NCBI GenBank assembly: GCA_965217075.1 | Contig: CBDCHC010000005.1 | Location: 22,378 to 86,377, forward strand | Source: Gammaproteobacteria bacterium | Lineage (GTDB): Bacteria > Pseudomonadota > Gammaproteobacteria > PS1 > Pseudothioglobaceae | Length of the DNA: 64,000 nt | Reading direction: 5' to 3' | In this document: piece by piece, positions 1-9,506 of the stretch | Layout of the letters: each line of letters opens with the position of its first letter | Position numbering within the stretch: position 1 is the first letter of the stretch | Made by a program: the position numbers and the translations under genes | Notes under the pieces: generated by a model | What the model was told of the DNA's origin: nothing | Databases searched by the model: none | Seen by the model: only the letters and a program-made list of their open reading frames with translations

Positions 1-75
1 GTGTCAGTCTATAGTGCAAAATACTGATTTAGTTGTAGAAATACCAAAATATACTATTAATCAAGTAAGTGAAAA

Positions 76-1422
76 TCATTGATTAATTAAAAATTCACTT
101 AACAATGCAACTGGTCTGCCAGTAGCACCTTTATTTTTACCGCTATGCCAGGCTGTACCAGCAATATCTAAGTGGGCCCAGTGATAGTTTTTAGTAAAAC
201 GAGCTAGAAAACAACCCGCTGTTATAGTGCCTGCTGCACGACCATCACTAATATTTGCCATATCAGCAAAATTTGACGCTAATAATTTATCAAAATTTTC
301 ATCAATTGGTAATTGCCAGATATTATCATCTGCAATTTTACTGCTTGTAATTAATTCTCTAGCTAAATCATTATTATTGGCAATTAATCCAGAATAATCA
401 TGTCCTAAAGCGACAATAACAGAGCCTGTTAATGTTGCCATATCTATTACCGTTTGAGGGTTAAATTTTTCAGCATATGTTAGCGCATCGCATAAAATTA
501 AACGTCCTTCTGCATCAGTATTTAATATCTCAATAGTTTGCCCAGACATGCTAGTTATTATATCGCCAGGCTTACTTGCGTTATGTGCCGGCATGTTTTC
601 AACACTTGGTATAATTATTATTAAGTTTATTTTAAGAGATAAACTTGCTATAACATGCATAACACCTAAAGCAGCAGCAGCTCCACACATATCATATTTC
701 ATTTCATCCATAGCATTACCAGGTTTAAGAGAAATACCTCCGCTATCAAATGTTACACCTTTGCCAACTAAAATAAATGGTTTATTGTTACCACCTTTGT
801 TATATTTAAGAGTAATTAATTTTGGTTCTTCAATTGAACCTTTAGCAACTGACAACAAAGAATTCATGCCCAAATCATGCATTTGTTTTTTATCTAAAAC
901 CTCACAAGATAAATTAAATTTATCTGCTAATTCTTTGGCACTATCTGCTAAATAACTTGGTGTGCATATATTAGATGGTAAATCTGCTAATTTCTTAGCA
1001 AAATTTATACCATTTCCAACTGCTATGCCTTTTATTATAGATTTATTATTGCTACCTGTCTTGATAAAGGCAACTAAATTTAGAGTATTTTTATCATCAT
1101 TTTTGCCAATTTTTTTTATTTGATAATTTAAATCAATAATACTTTGTGTAGTAAATGCCAGAAACCAGTTTTCTGTTTTATTCTCTACAGTAAGTATTGG
1201 TATAATAATACTGTTGATTTTATAATTATTAGTTATATTTACAATATTTTGCAAAATTTGTTTTAAGTTGCTTACCATTATTTGTTGTTTATTATCTAAG
1301 CCAATTTCAAGATTAAACTGATTATTATTTTTAGTAAGTAGAGGGTTATTTATTTTGTTGTTTTTACAGATAGTAACTACACAATCATATTTATCTGTAA
1401 CAGTATCAAGATTAAAATTCAT
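76..1422 (-). CDS. pepA: leucyl aminopeptidase (M17 family)
   Basis: 448-aa ORF with the M17 signature NTDAEGRLILCDAL and the VGKGVTFDSGG block. The stop is TGA. Confidence 0.93.
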   Translation of the reverse strand: MNFNLDTVTDKYDCVVTICKNNKINNPLLTKNNNQFNLEIGLDNKQQIMVSNLKQILQNIVNITNNYKINSIIIPILTVENKTENWFLAFTTQSIIDLNYQIKKIGKNDDKNTLNLVAFIKTGSNNKSIIKGIAVGNGINFAKKLADLPSNICTPSYLADSAKELADKFNLSCEVLDKKQMHDLGMNSLLSVAKGSIEEPKLITLKYNKGGNNKPFILVGKGVTFDSGGISLKPGNAMDEMKYDMCGAAAALGVMHVIASLSLKINLIIIIPSVENMPAHNASKPGDIITSMSGQTIEILNTDAEGRLILCDALTYAEKFNPQTVIDMATLTGSVIVALGHDYSGLIANNNDLARELITSSKIADDNIWQLPIDENFDKLLASNFADMANISDGRAAGTITAGCFLARFTKNYHWAHLDIAGTAWHSGKNKGATGRPVALLSEFLINQ

Positions 1423-1522
1423 ATTTTTTTAAAGAAAAAAACTCTGTATTTTAATTAAAATAAATATGTTTGTATAATATATTTGCGTATAATCTTAGTA
1501 TTTTTTAGTTAATAATACAAGT

Positions 1523-2233
1523 ATGTTAAAAATTTTACTTTTAATAATAAGCATTAGTATAAGCTTTAATTCTATTGCTACTAAAGATAATATCATTAAT
1601 AATTTAACTCCATTTTTTGGTATTATTGATAAAGATGATGTTATTGCCACTGATTTTAAAGGGGTATATGAAGTGATAGCAAAAAACCCTATTACTTCAT
1701 TATTTGTATCAGCAAATGGCAGATATTTAATTGAAGGTAGGATAATTGATCTTAAAAATAGAGCGCCAATAGCTTTAAGTAATCGAATTAATAATCTAAA
1801 AAGAGATTTAATAAATACTATTAGAGAGCAAGATAAAATTATTTTTAAAGCTAAAAATGAACGTTATGTAGTACATGTATTTACTGATGTAGATTGTCCT
1901 TTTTGTGCTAAGTTACACGCACAAATGCAAGAAATGAATGATGCTGGTATTACGATTAAATATTTAGCATCTCCTTTAGCACAATTACATCCAAATGCAC
2001 AAAGTAAAATGGAAAAAATATGGTGCGCAGACAATAAGGCGATGGCAATGAATAACTATAAAAAAAGAAAAATTATTCCTAATAGTAAACCTTGTGATAA
2101 CCCAGTTGCCAAGCAATTAAAATTAGCTAAAAAATTAGGAGTAAATGGCACCCCAGCATTATTTTTACCTAACGGAAGGCATATTGCGGGCTATATGTCC
2201 ACTAAGTCATTAATAAGAGAATTACAAAAGTAA
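1523..2233 (+). CDS. dsbC: thiol:disulfide interchange protein DsbC
   Basis: 236 aa with a signal peptide and a thioredoxin-fold active site FTDVDCPFCAKLH. The second Cys pair (WCAD...PCD) and the GVNGTPA block are collinear with E. coli DsbC. Confidence 0.85.
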   Translation: MLKILLLIISISISFNSIATKDNIINNLTPFFGIIDKDDVIATDFKGVYEVIAKNPITSLFVSANGRYLIEGRIIDLKNRAPIALSNRINNLKRDLINTIREQDKIIFKAKNERYVVHVFTDVDCPFCAKLHAQMQEMNDAGITIKYLASPLAQLHPNAQSKMEKIWCADNKAMAMNNYKKRKIIPNSKPCDNPVAKQLKLAKKLGVNGTPALFLPNGRHIAGYMSTKSLIRELQK

Positions 2234-2255
2234 TTTATTAACTGAGTTGTGTTGT

Positions 2256-2939
2256 ATGAGATTTGACGTAATAACTATTTTCCCAGCTATGTTTGCAGCA
2301 ATAAAAAATGAAGGAATTATTGCTAAAGCAGAAAAAAATAAGCTAATAAAAATTAATACTTGGCAATTACGTGATTTTACTAATAATAAATATAGAAACA
2401 TTGATGATAAGCCTTATGGCGGTGGGGCTGGCATGGTTATGCAAGTTATACCAATTCGCCGTTGTTTAGAGCAAATTAAAATACAGGAGCCACACACTAA
2501 AGTTATTTATTTGTCACCACAGGGTGTAAAACTTGATCATAAATTAGCAATTCATTTAGCTAGTGAGAGAGCTATTACATTTTTATGCGGGCGTTACGAA
2601 GGTATAGATGAGAGAGTTATTAAACATGATATTGACATAGAGCTTTCTATTGGTGATTTTGTATTAAGTGGTGGTGAATTAGCTGCTATGGTAGCTATAG
2701 ATAGTATTAGCCGTCAAATTAAAGGGGTCTTAGGAAATATTAACTGCTTAGACGACTCTTTTAGTAATAATTTATTAGATTATCCTCAGTATACTCGTCC
2801 GTCTATAGTAGACGGGCAATCAGTGCCAGAAATATTACTTAATGGTAATCAATTAAAAATTGATAAATGGCGTAAGCAACAAGCAATACTTAATACACAA
2901 AGCAAAAGACCAGATTTAATTAAGCAGCATTTGGTATAA
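2256..2939 (+). CDS. trmD: tRNA (guanine37-N1)-methyltransferase
   Basis: MRFDVITIFPAMF N-terminus plus the YGGGAGMVM, GRYEGIDERV and LSIGDFVLSGGE motifs. I prefer the ATG at 2256 over the in-frame TTG at 2247 used by the ORF track. Confidence 0.92.
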   Translation: MRFDVITIFPAMFAAIKNEGIIAKAEKNKLIKINTWQLRDFTNNKYRNIDDKPYGGGAGMVMQVIPIRRCLEQIKIQEPHTKVIYLSPQGVKLDHKLAIHLASERAITFLCGRYEGIDERVIKHDIDIELSIGDFVLSGGELAAMVAIDSISRQIKGVLGNINCLDDSFSNNLLDYPQYTRPSIVDGQSVPEILLNGNQLKIDKWRKQQAILNTQSKRPDLIKQHLV

Positions 2940-2969
2940 TAGTTAGTTTTTTTTATTTCGCATAAAATT

Positions 2970-4277
2970 ATGAATACACAACTTAAGAGTTTAGGAGGTC
3001 TTAAAAGAGAATTAACAGTAGAGCTACCTATTGCTAATTTTAATAATAAATTTGATAATGCTTTAAATGATATGAGGGATAAGGCTATTATTGACGGCTT
3101 TAGAAAAGGTAAAGTGCCAGATTTTGAGCTTAAAAGACGTTATGGTGATCAATTAAGAACAGATGCTATAAATAGTGTGGTTAGTGACAATTTGCCTAAG
3201 GCATTTATAGCTGAAAAGATAAATCCAGCTGGTACGCCAGATTTAGTTAAAATAGATTTTAATAATAAGGAAAAAATTATTTTTGTAGTATCGTTTGAGG
3301 TTTTTCCTGAAATTGAAATATCTGATTTAACTAAACTTAAAATTGAGCAGTTTACTGCTAAAATTACTAAAACTGATGAGCAAGATGCTTTTGAAAATTT
3401 AACAAGAAGTGTTTTAAGTTATAAAGAGATTGAGAAAAAAGCAGTAAGTAAGCAAAATGATAAAGTAGTTGTTAATTTTGAAGGATTTATCGATAACAAG
3501 CCATTTAATGGGGGTAAAGCGAAAGATTTTGTTGTAGTTATTGGTGCTAAATCAATGATAGCAGGTTTTGAAGATGGTTTAATTGGTAAAAAAGTAGCTG
3601 ATAAATTTGATTTAAACTTAAAATTTCCAAGTGAATATCATGTTAAAGATTTAGCTAATAAAGATGTAGTTTTTAAAATTACAATAACTAAGATTAGTAC
3701 TCCAGAAAAAATAAAAATTGACGATATTTTTGCTAAGAAATTTAATAAAAATAGTATTAATGAATTAAAGGACGATTTAAAAAATAATATACAACAACAA
3801 CTAGCAGATACTTTAGAGGTAATAAATAAAAATAAAATTTTTAAGGAATTATTAAATATTAATAATATTGATGTACCAACAGCACTAATAAATCAAGAAG
3901 CAGAACGTTTAAAACAAGAACAATTAAATAAATTAAAACAACAAAATACTGATAAAAATCATGATATTGATATAACTTTATTTGTAGATAAAGCTAAAAA
4001 AAGAGTACAGCTTGGTATGCTGGTTAATAAAATTACTATGGATAATAAAATAATAGCCACTGATGAACAGATAGAAAAAAAATTACAACTTATGTCAAAA
4101 CAATATGGCGAAGACAGGCAACAAATGATTGATTATTATAAGTCAGATAAACAAGCATTAGCATCTGTACGTTCATTAGTTATAGAGCAACTAACTAGTA
4201 AATTTATTGTAGATAAAGCAAATATAGTTAAACTAAACAAAAATTTTAATGAGATTATGAGAATGAGTAATGAATGA
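2970..4277 (+). CDS. tig: trigger factor
   Basis: 435 aa with GFRKGKVP and an FKBP-like core ([13 protein letters not shown]). Sits in the classical tig-clpP-clpX order. Confidence 0.93.
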   Translation: MNTQLKSLGGLKRELTVELPIANFNNKFDNALNDMRDKAIIDGFRKGKVPDFELKRRYGDQLRTDAINSVVSDNLPKAFIAEKINPAGTPDLVKIDFNNKEKIIFVVSFEVFPEIEISDLTKLKIEQFTAKITKTDEQDAFENLTRSVLSYKEIEKKAVSKQNDKVVVNFEGFIDNKPFNGGKAKDFVVVIGAKSMIAGFEDGLIGKKVADKFDLNLKFPSEYHVKDLANKDVVFKITITKISTPEKIKIDDIFAKKFNKNSINELKDDLKNNIQQQLADTLEVINKNKIFKELLNINNIDVPTALINQEAERLKQEQLNKLKQQNTDKNHDIDITLFVDKAKKRVQLGMLVNKITMDNKIIATDEQIEKKLQLMSKQYGEDRQQMIDYYKSDKQALASVRSLVIEQLTSKFIVDKANIVKLNKNFNEIMRMSNE

Positions 4278-4869
4278 AAAGAATTTAGGGCAAATACCTA
4301 TGGTGATAGAAACATCAGCTCGGGGTGAAAGAGCTTATGATATCTATTCTCGTCTGTTAAAAGAAAGAGTTATCTTTATAGTTGGAGCAATTGAAGATTA
4401 TATGGCAAATATAGTTATTGCTCAATTATTATTTTTAGAATCAGAAAATCCAGATACTGATATTAGTATTTATATTAATTCACCAGGAGGCTCTGTATCA
4501 AGTGGACTTGCTATTTATGATACTATGCAATTTATTAAACCACAAATATCTACTCTTTGTATTGGACAAGCAGCAAGCATGGGAGCATTACTACTAAGTG
4601 CTGGCAAAGAAGGAAAACGATTTGCTTTACCAAACGCTAGAGTTATGATACATCAGCCGCTTGGTGGTTTCTCAGGGCAAGCTAGTGATGTAGAAATTCA
4701 TGCTAAAGAAATTTTAACTATGCGTAGTATTTTAAATAATATTTTGAAAATACATACCAAACAAAATCTTAAAGCTATTGTTAGAGATACTGATAGAGAT
4801 AATTTTATGTCTGCTAAAGAGGCTGTTAATTATGGTTTAATTGATAGTATTTTAACTCAAAGAAAATAG
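4270..4869 (+). CDS. clpP: ATP-dependent Clp protease proteolytic subunit
   Basis: 199 aa with [21 protein letters not shown], the catalytic-Ser block GQAASMGA, and MIHQPLGG. Confidence 0.96.
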   Translation: MNEKNLGQIPMVIETSARGERAYDIYSRLLKERVIFIVGAIEDYMANIVIAQLLFLESENPDTDISIYINSPGGSVSSGLAIYDTMQFIKPQISTLCIGQAASMGALLLSAGKEGKRFALPNARVMIHQPLGGFSGQASDVEIHAKEILTMRSILNNILKIHTKQNLKAIVRDTDRDNFMSAKEAVNYGLIDSILTQRK

Positions 4870-4881
4870 TTTATTAAATCT

Positions 4882-6102
4882 ATGGTTGATGAAGTACAAA
4901 CTTGTTCGTTCTGCGGCAAACTTAAACAAGATGTAGAACAGCTTATTCCTGGACCAGGTATTTTTATCTGCAATAATTGTGTTGCTTTATGCAATCAAAT
5001 TATTAATGAAACAAGTAAAGCTAAAAAAGAATGTACAGAAAATTTTAATTATACTCCAGTTGAAATTCATAGGTTTTTAGATGATTATGTTATTGGGCAA
5101 AATAAAGCAAAAAAAGTATTATCAGTTGCTGTATATAATCATTATAAAAGAATTACAAATAATGTGAATGATAACACTATAGAAATAGATAAATCTAATG
5201 TTTTAGTTATTGGCCCTACAGGCTCTGGTAAGACCTTATTAGCTAAAACTATTGCAAAAATTTTAAACGTTCCTTTTGTTATAGCAGATGCTACTACACT
5301 TACCGAGGCTGGATATGTTGGTGATGATGTAGAGAATATAATTAAAAGCTTATTGGTTAAAAGTGATTTTGATATTAAAAAAGCTGAAAAAGGTATTATT
5401 TTTATTGATGAAATAGATAAAATTGCTCGCAAATCAGATAGTAGCTCTATTACTCGTGATGTCTCAGGAGAAGGAGTGCAGCAAGCTTTACTTAAAATTA
5501 TAGAAGGAACAATAGCTTCAATTTCACCCGATAAAAGAAAACATCCAGATAAGCCTAATATCGATATAAATACCGAAAGTATTCTTTTTATTGGTGGCGG
5601 TGCTTTTTTTGGCCTAGAGGAAATAGTTAGAAAACGTATTGAAAAAACAGCAAGTATTGGATTTGGTGCTAATATTAAAAATAAACAAGAAAAACTAAGT
5701 ACAGCAGAATTATTATCTCAAGTTGAACCAGATGATTTAGTAAAATTTGGCCTTATTCCAGAATTAGTAGGACGTTTAACTATAAATGTTAATTTATCAG
5801 AATTAGACGAAAAAGCATTAATTGCTATTTTAACGAAACCTAAAAATGCTATAGTTAAACAATTCAGAGAATTTTTTAATATGGAAAAAGTAAAGTTAAC
5901 TATTGATAAATCTGCTCTAATTGCTATTGCTAGATTAGCAATTAAATATAAAACTGGCGCCAGGGGATTACGTAGTATTTTAGAAAATATCTTACTTGAT
6001 ACTATGTACGAATTACCTTCATTGAAAAATATTAAAGAGGTGATTATAGATAAAAATGTAGTAAATGGTAAATATAATCCAAAAATTTTAGCTAAAAAAT
6101 AG
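4882..6102 (+). CDS. clpX: ATP-dependent Clp protease ATP-binding subunit ClpX
   Basis: N-terminal Zn finger CSFCGK...CNNC, Walker A GPTGSGKT, Walker [10 protein letters not shown], and GARGLR. Confidence 0.96.
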   Translation: MVDEVQTCSFCGKLKQDVEQLIPGPGIFICNNCVALCNQIINETSKAKKECTENFNYTPVEIHRFLDDYVIGQNKAKKVLSVAVYNHYKRITNNVNDNTIEIDKSNVLVIGPTGSGKTLLAKTIAKILNVPFVIADATTLTEAGYVGDDVENIIKSLLVKSDFDIKKAEKGIIFIDEIDKIARKSDSSSITRDVSGEGVQQALLKIIEGTIASISPDKRKHPDKPNIDINTESILFIGGGAFFGLEEIVRKRIEKTASIGFGANIKNKQEKLSTAELLSQVEPDDLVKFGLIPELVGRLTINVNLSELDEKALIAILTKPKNAIVKQFREFFNMEKVKLTIDKSALIAIARLAIKYKTGARGLRSILENILLDTMYELPSLKNIKEVIIDKNVVNGKYNPKILAKK

Positions 6103-6154
6103 ATAAATTATAATTATAAGTAGTATTATTAATTATATTTTATTAATTCATTAA

Positions 6155-7534
6155 ATGAAAATTAAAACTAAATTCTATTTATATTTTATTATTGCAGGAC
6201 TACTTCCTTTGGTTGCAGTGCTATTATGGCAATATTATGTGTTGTTATCATTATTTGCTATAATATTATTTATTGGTCTTTATTTTATAGTCTATAAAGA
6301 TTTTTTAAAACCATTTAATGATATATGGCAGTTATTATATAATTACCAAGCACAACATAGTGAGATTAAACAAGACTTAAGTTCGTTTACGCAAATATCA
6401 ACAGCTATTAATTATTTATTAGATGAAAGTCAGTATTTATATGATGATATGGAGGATATTTTAAAAAAACAAGTAGAAAGATTAAGTAAAAAAACAGCTT
6501 CACTTGAGATTCTTTATTCAATGTCTAATAAAATCAATACTATAAATGATTACCATCAATTATTTGAATATTTTTTAGCTGTTTTTATGAAAATGACTAA
6601 AGCTAGTAGTGGTGTTGGCAGGAGGTTAAATAAAAATGGCAAATTAGTTGTAGTTGTTAAAAAAAATATTACCAATATAGAGCATAGTATATTATTAAAT
6701 AATCCTTGTTCTAGCGCAGATGGCGTACAATTTAGTATTTATAACTGTGAGAATTGTTTAGGAGCTAATAATAATTTAGGTACTATATTTATCCCACTTA
6801 GTTATAAAAATAAAGTATTAGGGGTGTTTAATTTATTTTTTGCAGGTGAGCCATCACTCGCATTTGATGAAAGACAGTTAATGCAAACAATCGCTAATAA
6901 TATAGCACAAGTATTAGATAAAATAAAAGTTAATAATAAAAATAAATTAATAGAACTGACACAAGAAAGATTGTACCTCTCACAAGAAATTCATGATTCT
7001 TTAGCGCAAACTATTTATAGTATTAACTTACAAGTAAATGTGTTACAAAAATTGTTAGTTAAAGATGATAAAAAAGTACAAGATAAAATAATTGTATTGC
7101 AACAAAATATAGTACAAGCTAATAAAGAATTAAGAGAGTTGATTAATAATTTTAGAACGCCTATTATTAGTAATTATAATTACTTAGAGAAATTAATTAA
7201 TGAATTTAAGCAAGAAACAGATATTAAGATTAATGCTAAGATTAGCAATAATACAAGTTTAAATGAACAGCAGCAGCAACAGATTATTCGTATAGTTAGC
7301 GAGGCACTTATGAATATCAAAAAACATGCTAACGCTAAAAATGTACATATTATATGTAATAATAAGCAACTTATCATTGAAGACGATGGTATTGGTTTTA
7401 TTATTAAAAATGATAATAAAAAAGATCATATTGGCCTTAAAATTATGCGTGAAAGAGCTAAGCAAATTGGAGCAAAAATTAAATTTAATTCTGCCAAAGG
7501 CATAGGTACAAGTATAATAATTGATTATGAATAA
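6155..7534 (+). CDS. NarX/NarQ-like sensor histidine kinase (HisKA_3 family) without a periplasmic domain
   Basis: Two back-to-back TM helices (aa 7-47) are followed by a central GAF-like region with Cys residues (PCSS...NCENC). It has the H-box EIHDSLAQ and HATPase boxes NIKKHANA, DDGIGF and GLKIMRERA. No response regulator lies nearby. Confidence 0.8.
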   Translation: MKIKTKFYLYFIIAGLLPLVAVLLWQYYVLLSLFAIILFIGLYFIVYKDFLKPFNDIWQLLYNYQAQHSEIKQDLSSFTQISTAINYLLDESQYLYDDMEDILKKQVERLSKKTASLEILYSMSNKINTINDYHQLFEYFLAVFMKMTKASSGVGRRLNKNGKLVVVVKKNITNIEHSILLNNPCSSADGVQFSIYNCENCLGANNNLGTIFIPLSYKNKVLGVFNLFFAGEPSLAFDERQLMQTIANNIAQVLDKIKVNNKNKLIELTQERLYLSQEIHDSLAQTIYSINLQVNVLQKLLVKDDKKVQDKIIVLQQNIVQANKELRELINNFRTPIISNYNYLEKLINEFKQETDIKINAKISNNTSLNEQQQQQIIRIVSEALMNIKKHANAKNVHIICNNKQLIIEDDGIGFIIKNDNKKDHIGLKIMRERAKQIGAKIKFNSAKGIGTSIIIDYE

Positions 7535-8102
7535 CATTTTTAAATCTAGTTTTTCTTTAGCGATTTTTACTATGATTTGTATAACTATTATTGTTTTTAT
7601 AGTTAATAATTTAATAGATAAAATTGATTATAATAAGAAACAAGTGCTTATAAAACAATTACATCAATTAGTAAAAAACTATGATAATGATATAGTTAGC
7701 GATAGTTTAGAAAAAATATTAATATTACATGGCAAAACACAAAGAGTTATTATTTATTTAGCAAAGAAAAATAATAAAATTATTGCGAAACTTATTAAAC
7801 ATACTTATCCATCTGGCTATAATGGTAATATAGAAATATTAACGGCAGTAAACATGAAGCATAAAATTATTGGCGTACGGGTGCTTAATCATCAGGAAAC
7901 TCCTGGTCTTGGTGATAATATTGATATTAAAAAATCAAATTGGATTTTAAGTTTTAACGGGGCTTCACTTATAAACTCTATTTTTAAATTAAAGAAAAAT
8001 GGTGGTAATTTTGATGGCTTTACTGGAGCAACTATTACTCCACAAGCTATAATAACAGCAAATTATGATTTATTGCAGGCAATACAAGCAAATAAATTAT
8101 AA
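7521..8102 (+). CDS. rnfG: Rnf electron-transport complex subunit G
   Basis: 193 aa with an N-terminal TM anchor. The blocks YPSGYNGNIEIL, HQETPGLGD and GGNFDGFTGATITP (FMN-binding Thr motif) are collinear with E. coli RsxG. The start overlaps the kinase by 14 nt, and the stop overlaps the queA ATG. Confidence 0.85.
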   Translation: MIMNNIFKSSFSLAIFTMICITIIVFIVNNLIDKIDYNKKQVLIKQLHQLVKNYDNDIVSDSLEKILILHGKTQRVIIYLAKKNNKIIAKLIKHTYPSGYNGNIEILTAVNMKHKIIGVRVLNHQETPGLGDNIDIKKSNWILSFNGASLINSIFKLKKNGGNFDGFTGATITPQAIITANYDLLQAIQANKL

Positions 8103-9115
8103 TGCAGTTAAATGATTTTGACTTTATATTGCCGCCAGAATTAATTGCTCAGTATCCAAAAAAGATAAGAAGTAATGCTAAATTGTTGATAGCAGATAGC
8201 AGCAAGATTGAGGATAAATTTTTTTATCAATTAATAGATTTTTTAAATACTAATGATTTATTAATTTTTAATGATACTAGAGTTATTGCCGCTAGAATTT
8301 TTGCCCATAAAATAAGCGGTGCAAAGTTAGAGGTTTTAATTACAAAAATTTTATCTAATTATCAAGCAGAAGCAATGATAAAAAGCTCTAAAGGTTTGAA
8401 AACTAATAATAAGATTATTATAAATGATAAATATTGTGCTAAGGTTTTAGCTAAAAAAGATGCGGTTTATCAGTTAGAATTTAATGCTGATATATTAGAG
8501 ATAATTGATAAAGTTGGTCATATACCATTACCTCCATATATTAAAAGAGCAGATAATGATAATGACAATAGGCGTTATCAAAGTATATTTGCTAGGGAAT
8601 TAGGGGCAGTAGCAGCACCTACAGCCAGTTTACATTTTGATAAACAATTATTAAATGCTATACAAGTAAAAGGTATAAATAGTGCCTTTATAACACTGCA
8701 TATTGGTAGTGCTACATTTAGTCCTATTAGAGTCAACAATATATCTGAACATAAAATGCATACTGAAAATTTTAGCGTTAATCAAGAGACTATTAATAAG
8801 ATAATACAAACTAAAAAAAATGGTGGTAGGATTATATGTGTTGGTACTACAACACTTAGAGCGTTAGAGACTATTGCTTTAAGTAAACTAAAGTCAACAA
8901 ATTCGAAAACAGATATTTTTATTTACCCTGGGTTTAAATTTAAACTAACAGATGCTCTTATTACTAACTTTCATTTACCTAAATCTTCTTTATTTATTTT
9001 AGTTAGCGCCTTTGTAGGTAGTAAAAAAATTAAAAATATTTATAATTATGCAATTAAGCATAAGTATAGTTTTTTTTCATATGGTGATGCTATGTTATTA
9101 TTTAAAAAACAATAG
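8102..9115 (+). CDS. queA: S-adenosylmethionine:tRNA ribosyltransferase-isomerase
   Basis: 337 aa with FDFILPPELIAQYP, HIPLPPYI, GTTTLRALE and FFSYGDAMLL. Confidence 0.94.
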   Translation: MQLNDFDFILPPELIAQYPKKIRSNAKLLIADSSKIEDKFFYQLIDFLNTNDLLIFNDTRVIAARIFAHKISGAKLEVLITKILSNYQAEAMIKSSKGLKTNNKIIINDKYCAKVLAKKDAVYQLEFNADILEIIDKVGHIPLPPYIKRADNDNDNRRYQSIFARELGAVAAPTASLHFDKQLLNAIQVKGINSAFITLHIGSATFSPIRVNNISEHKMHTENFSVNQETINKIIQTKKNGGRIICVGTTTLRALETIALSKLKSTNSKTDIFIYPGFKFKLTDALITNFHLPKSSLFILVSAFVGSKKIKNIYNYAIKHKYSFFSYGDAMLLFKKQ

Positions 9116-9149
9116 TGTATTTACTTTTTTTATTGGTATAATCTTATTT

Positions 9150-9446
9150 ATGTTAAAAATAATAATTTTACTTTTTATTTCACTACTAATTAATATTAGT
9201 TTTGCTGATAATTACAATAATACTAATAAGCATGATTATAAGGTGTTTGATTATAAAATTAATGCATCACACGATAAACATGTTGTTGCTTGTGAAAAAT
9301 GTAGTATTTGTTTATCACATATCATATTAAATAATAACGCAGTTTTTAGTGCTAAATTATCTATAGATAAATATACAGGTATTTTTTACTTCTCAGATAA
9401 GTCAGTTGTTTTAACTATAGACCTACCTCCTCCAATTATTGGGTAA
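9150..9446 (+). CDS. small secreted Cys/His protein, DUF2946-like (copper-associated)
   Basis: 98 aa from the ATG at 9150; the track ORF starts at 9048 inside queA. It has a signal peptide (MLKIIILLFISLLINISFA), a CEKCSICLSH motif and a C-terminal LPPP. From memory this pattern matches DUF2946 proteins found beside copper genes. It sits directly upstream of copA. Confidence 0.4.
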   Translation: MLKIIILLFISLLINISFADNYNNTNKHDYKVFDYKINASHDKHVVACEKCSICLSHIILNNNAVFSAKLSIDKYTGIFYFSDKSVVLTIDLPPPIIG

Positions 9447-9506
9447 TTACATTTAAATTACTTTTAATCCATTTTTATGGATTTATTATAATATTTTGGA
9501 GAAAAT

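Noticed and set aside
2-82. An open frame from the left edge ends at TGA 80-82 on the plus strand (...NTDLVVEIPKYTINQVSENH*). It may be the 3' end of a gene convergent with pepA.
   Set aside because: Only 26 codons are visible and there is no recognisable motif. I cannot distinguish it from chance.
548-955. This entry covers the many ORFs of 60-135 aa in the six-frame track that lie antisense to, or out of frame within, strongly conserved genes. Examples are 548-955, 5142-5432, 7180-7537, 9839-10093, 14652-15005, 17205-17474, 21068-21430, 24823-25080, 34758-35039, 39670-40050, 41629-41964, 53285-53650, 58110-58460, 59140-59505 and 63309-63829.
   Set aside because: Each is fully contained in a gene with clear family motifs on the other strand or frame. 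Their translations are low-complexity Leu/Ile/Ser/Phe-rich strings with no motifs. They are shadow ORFs.
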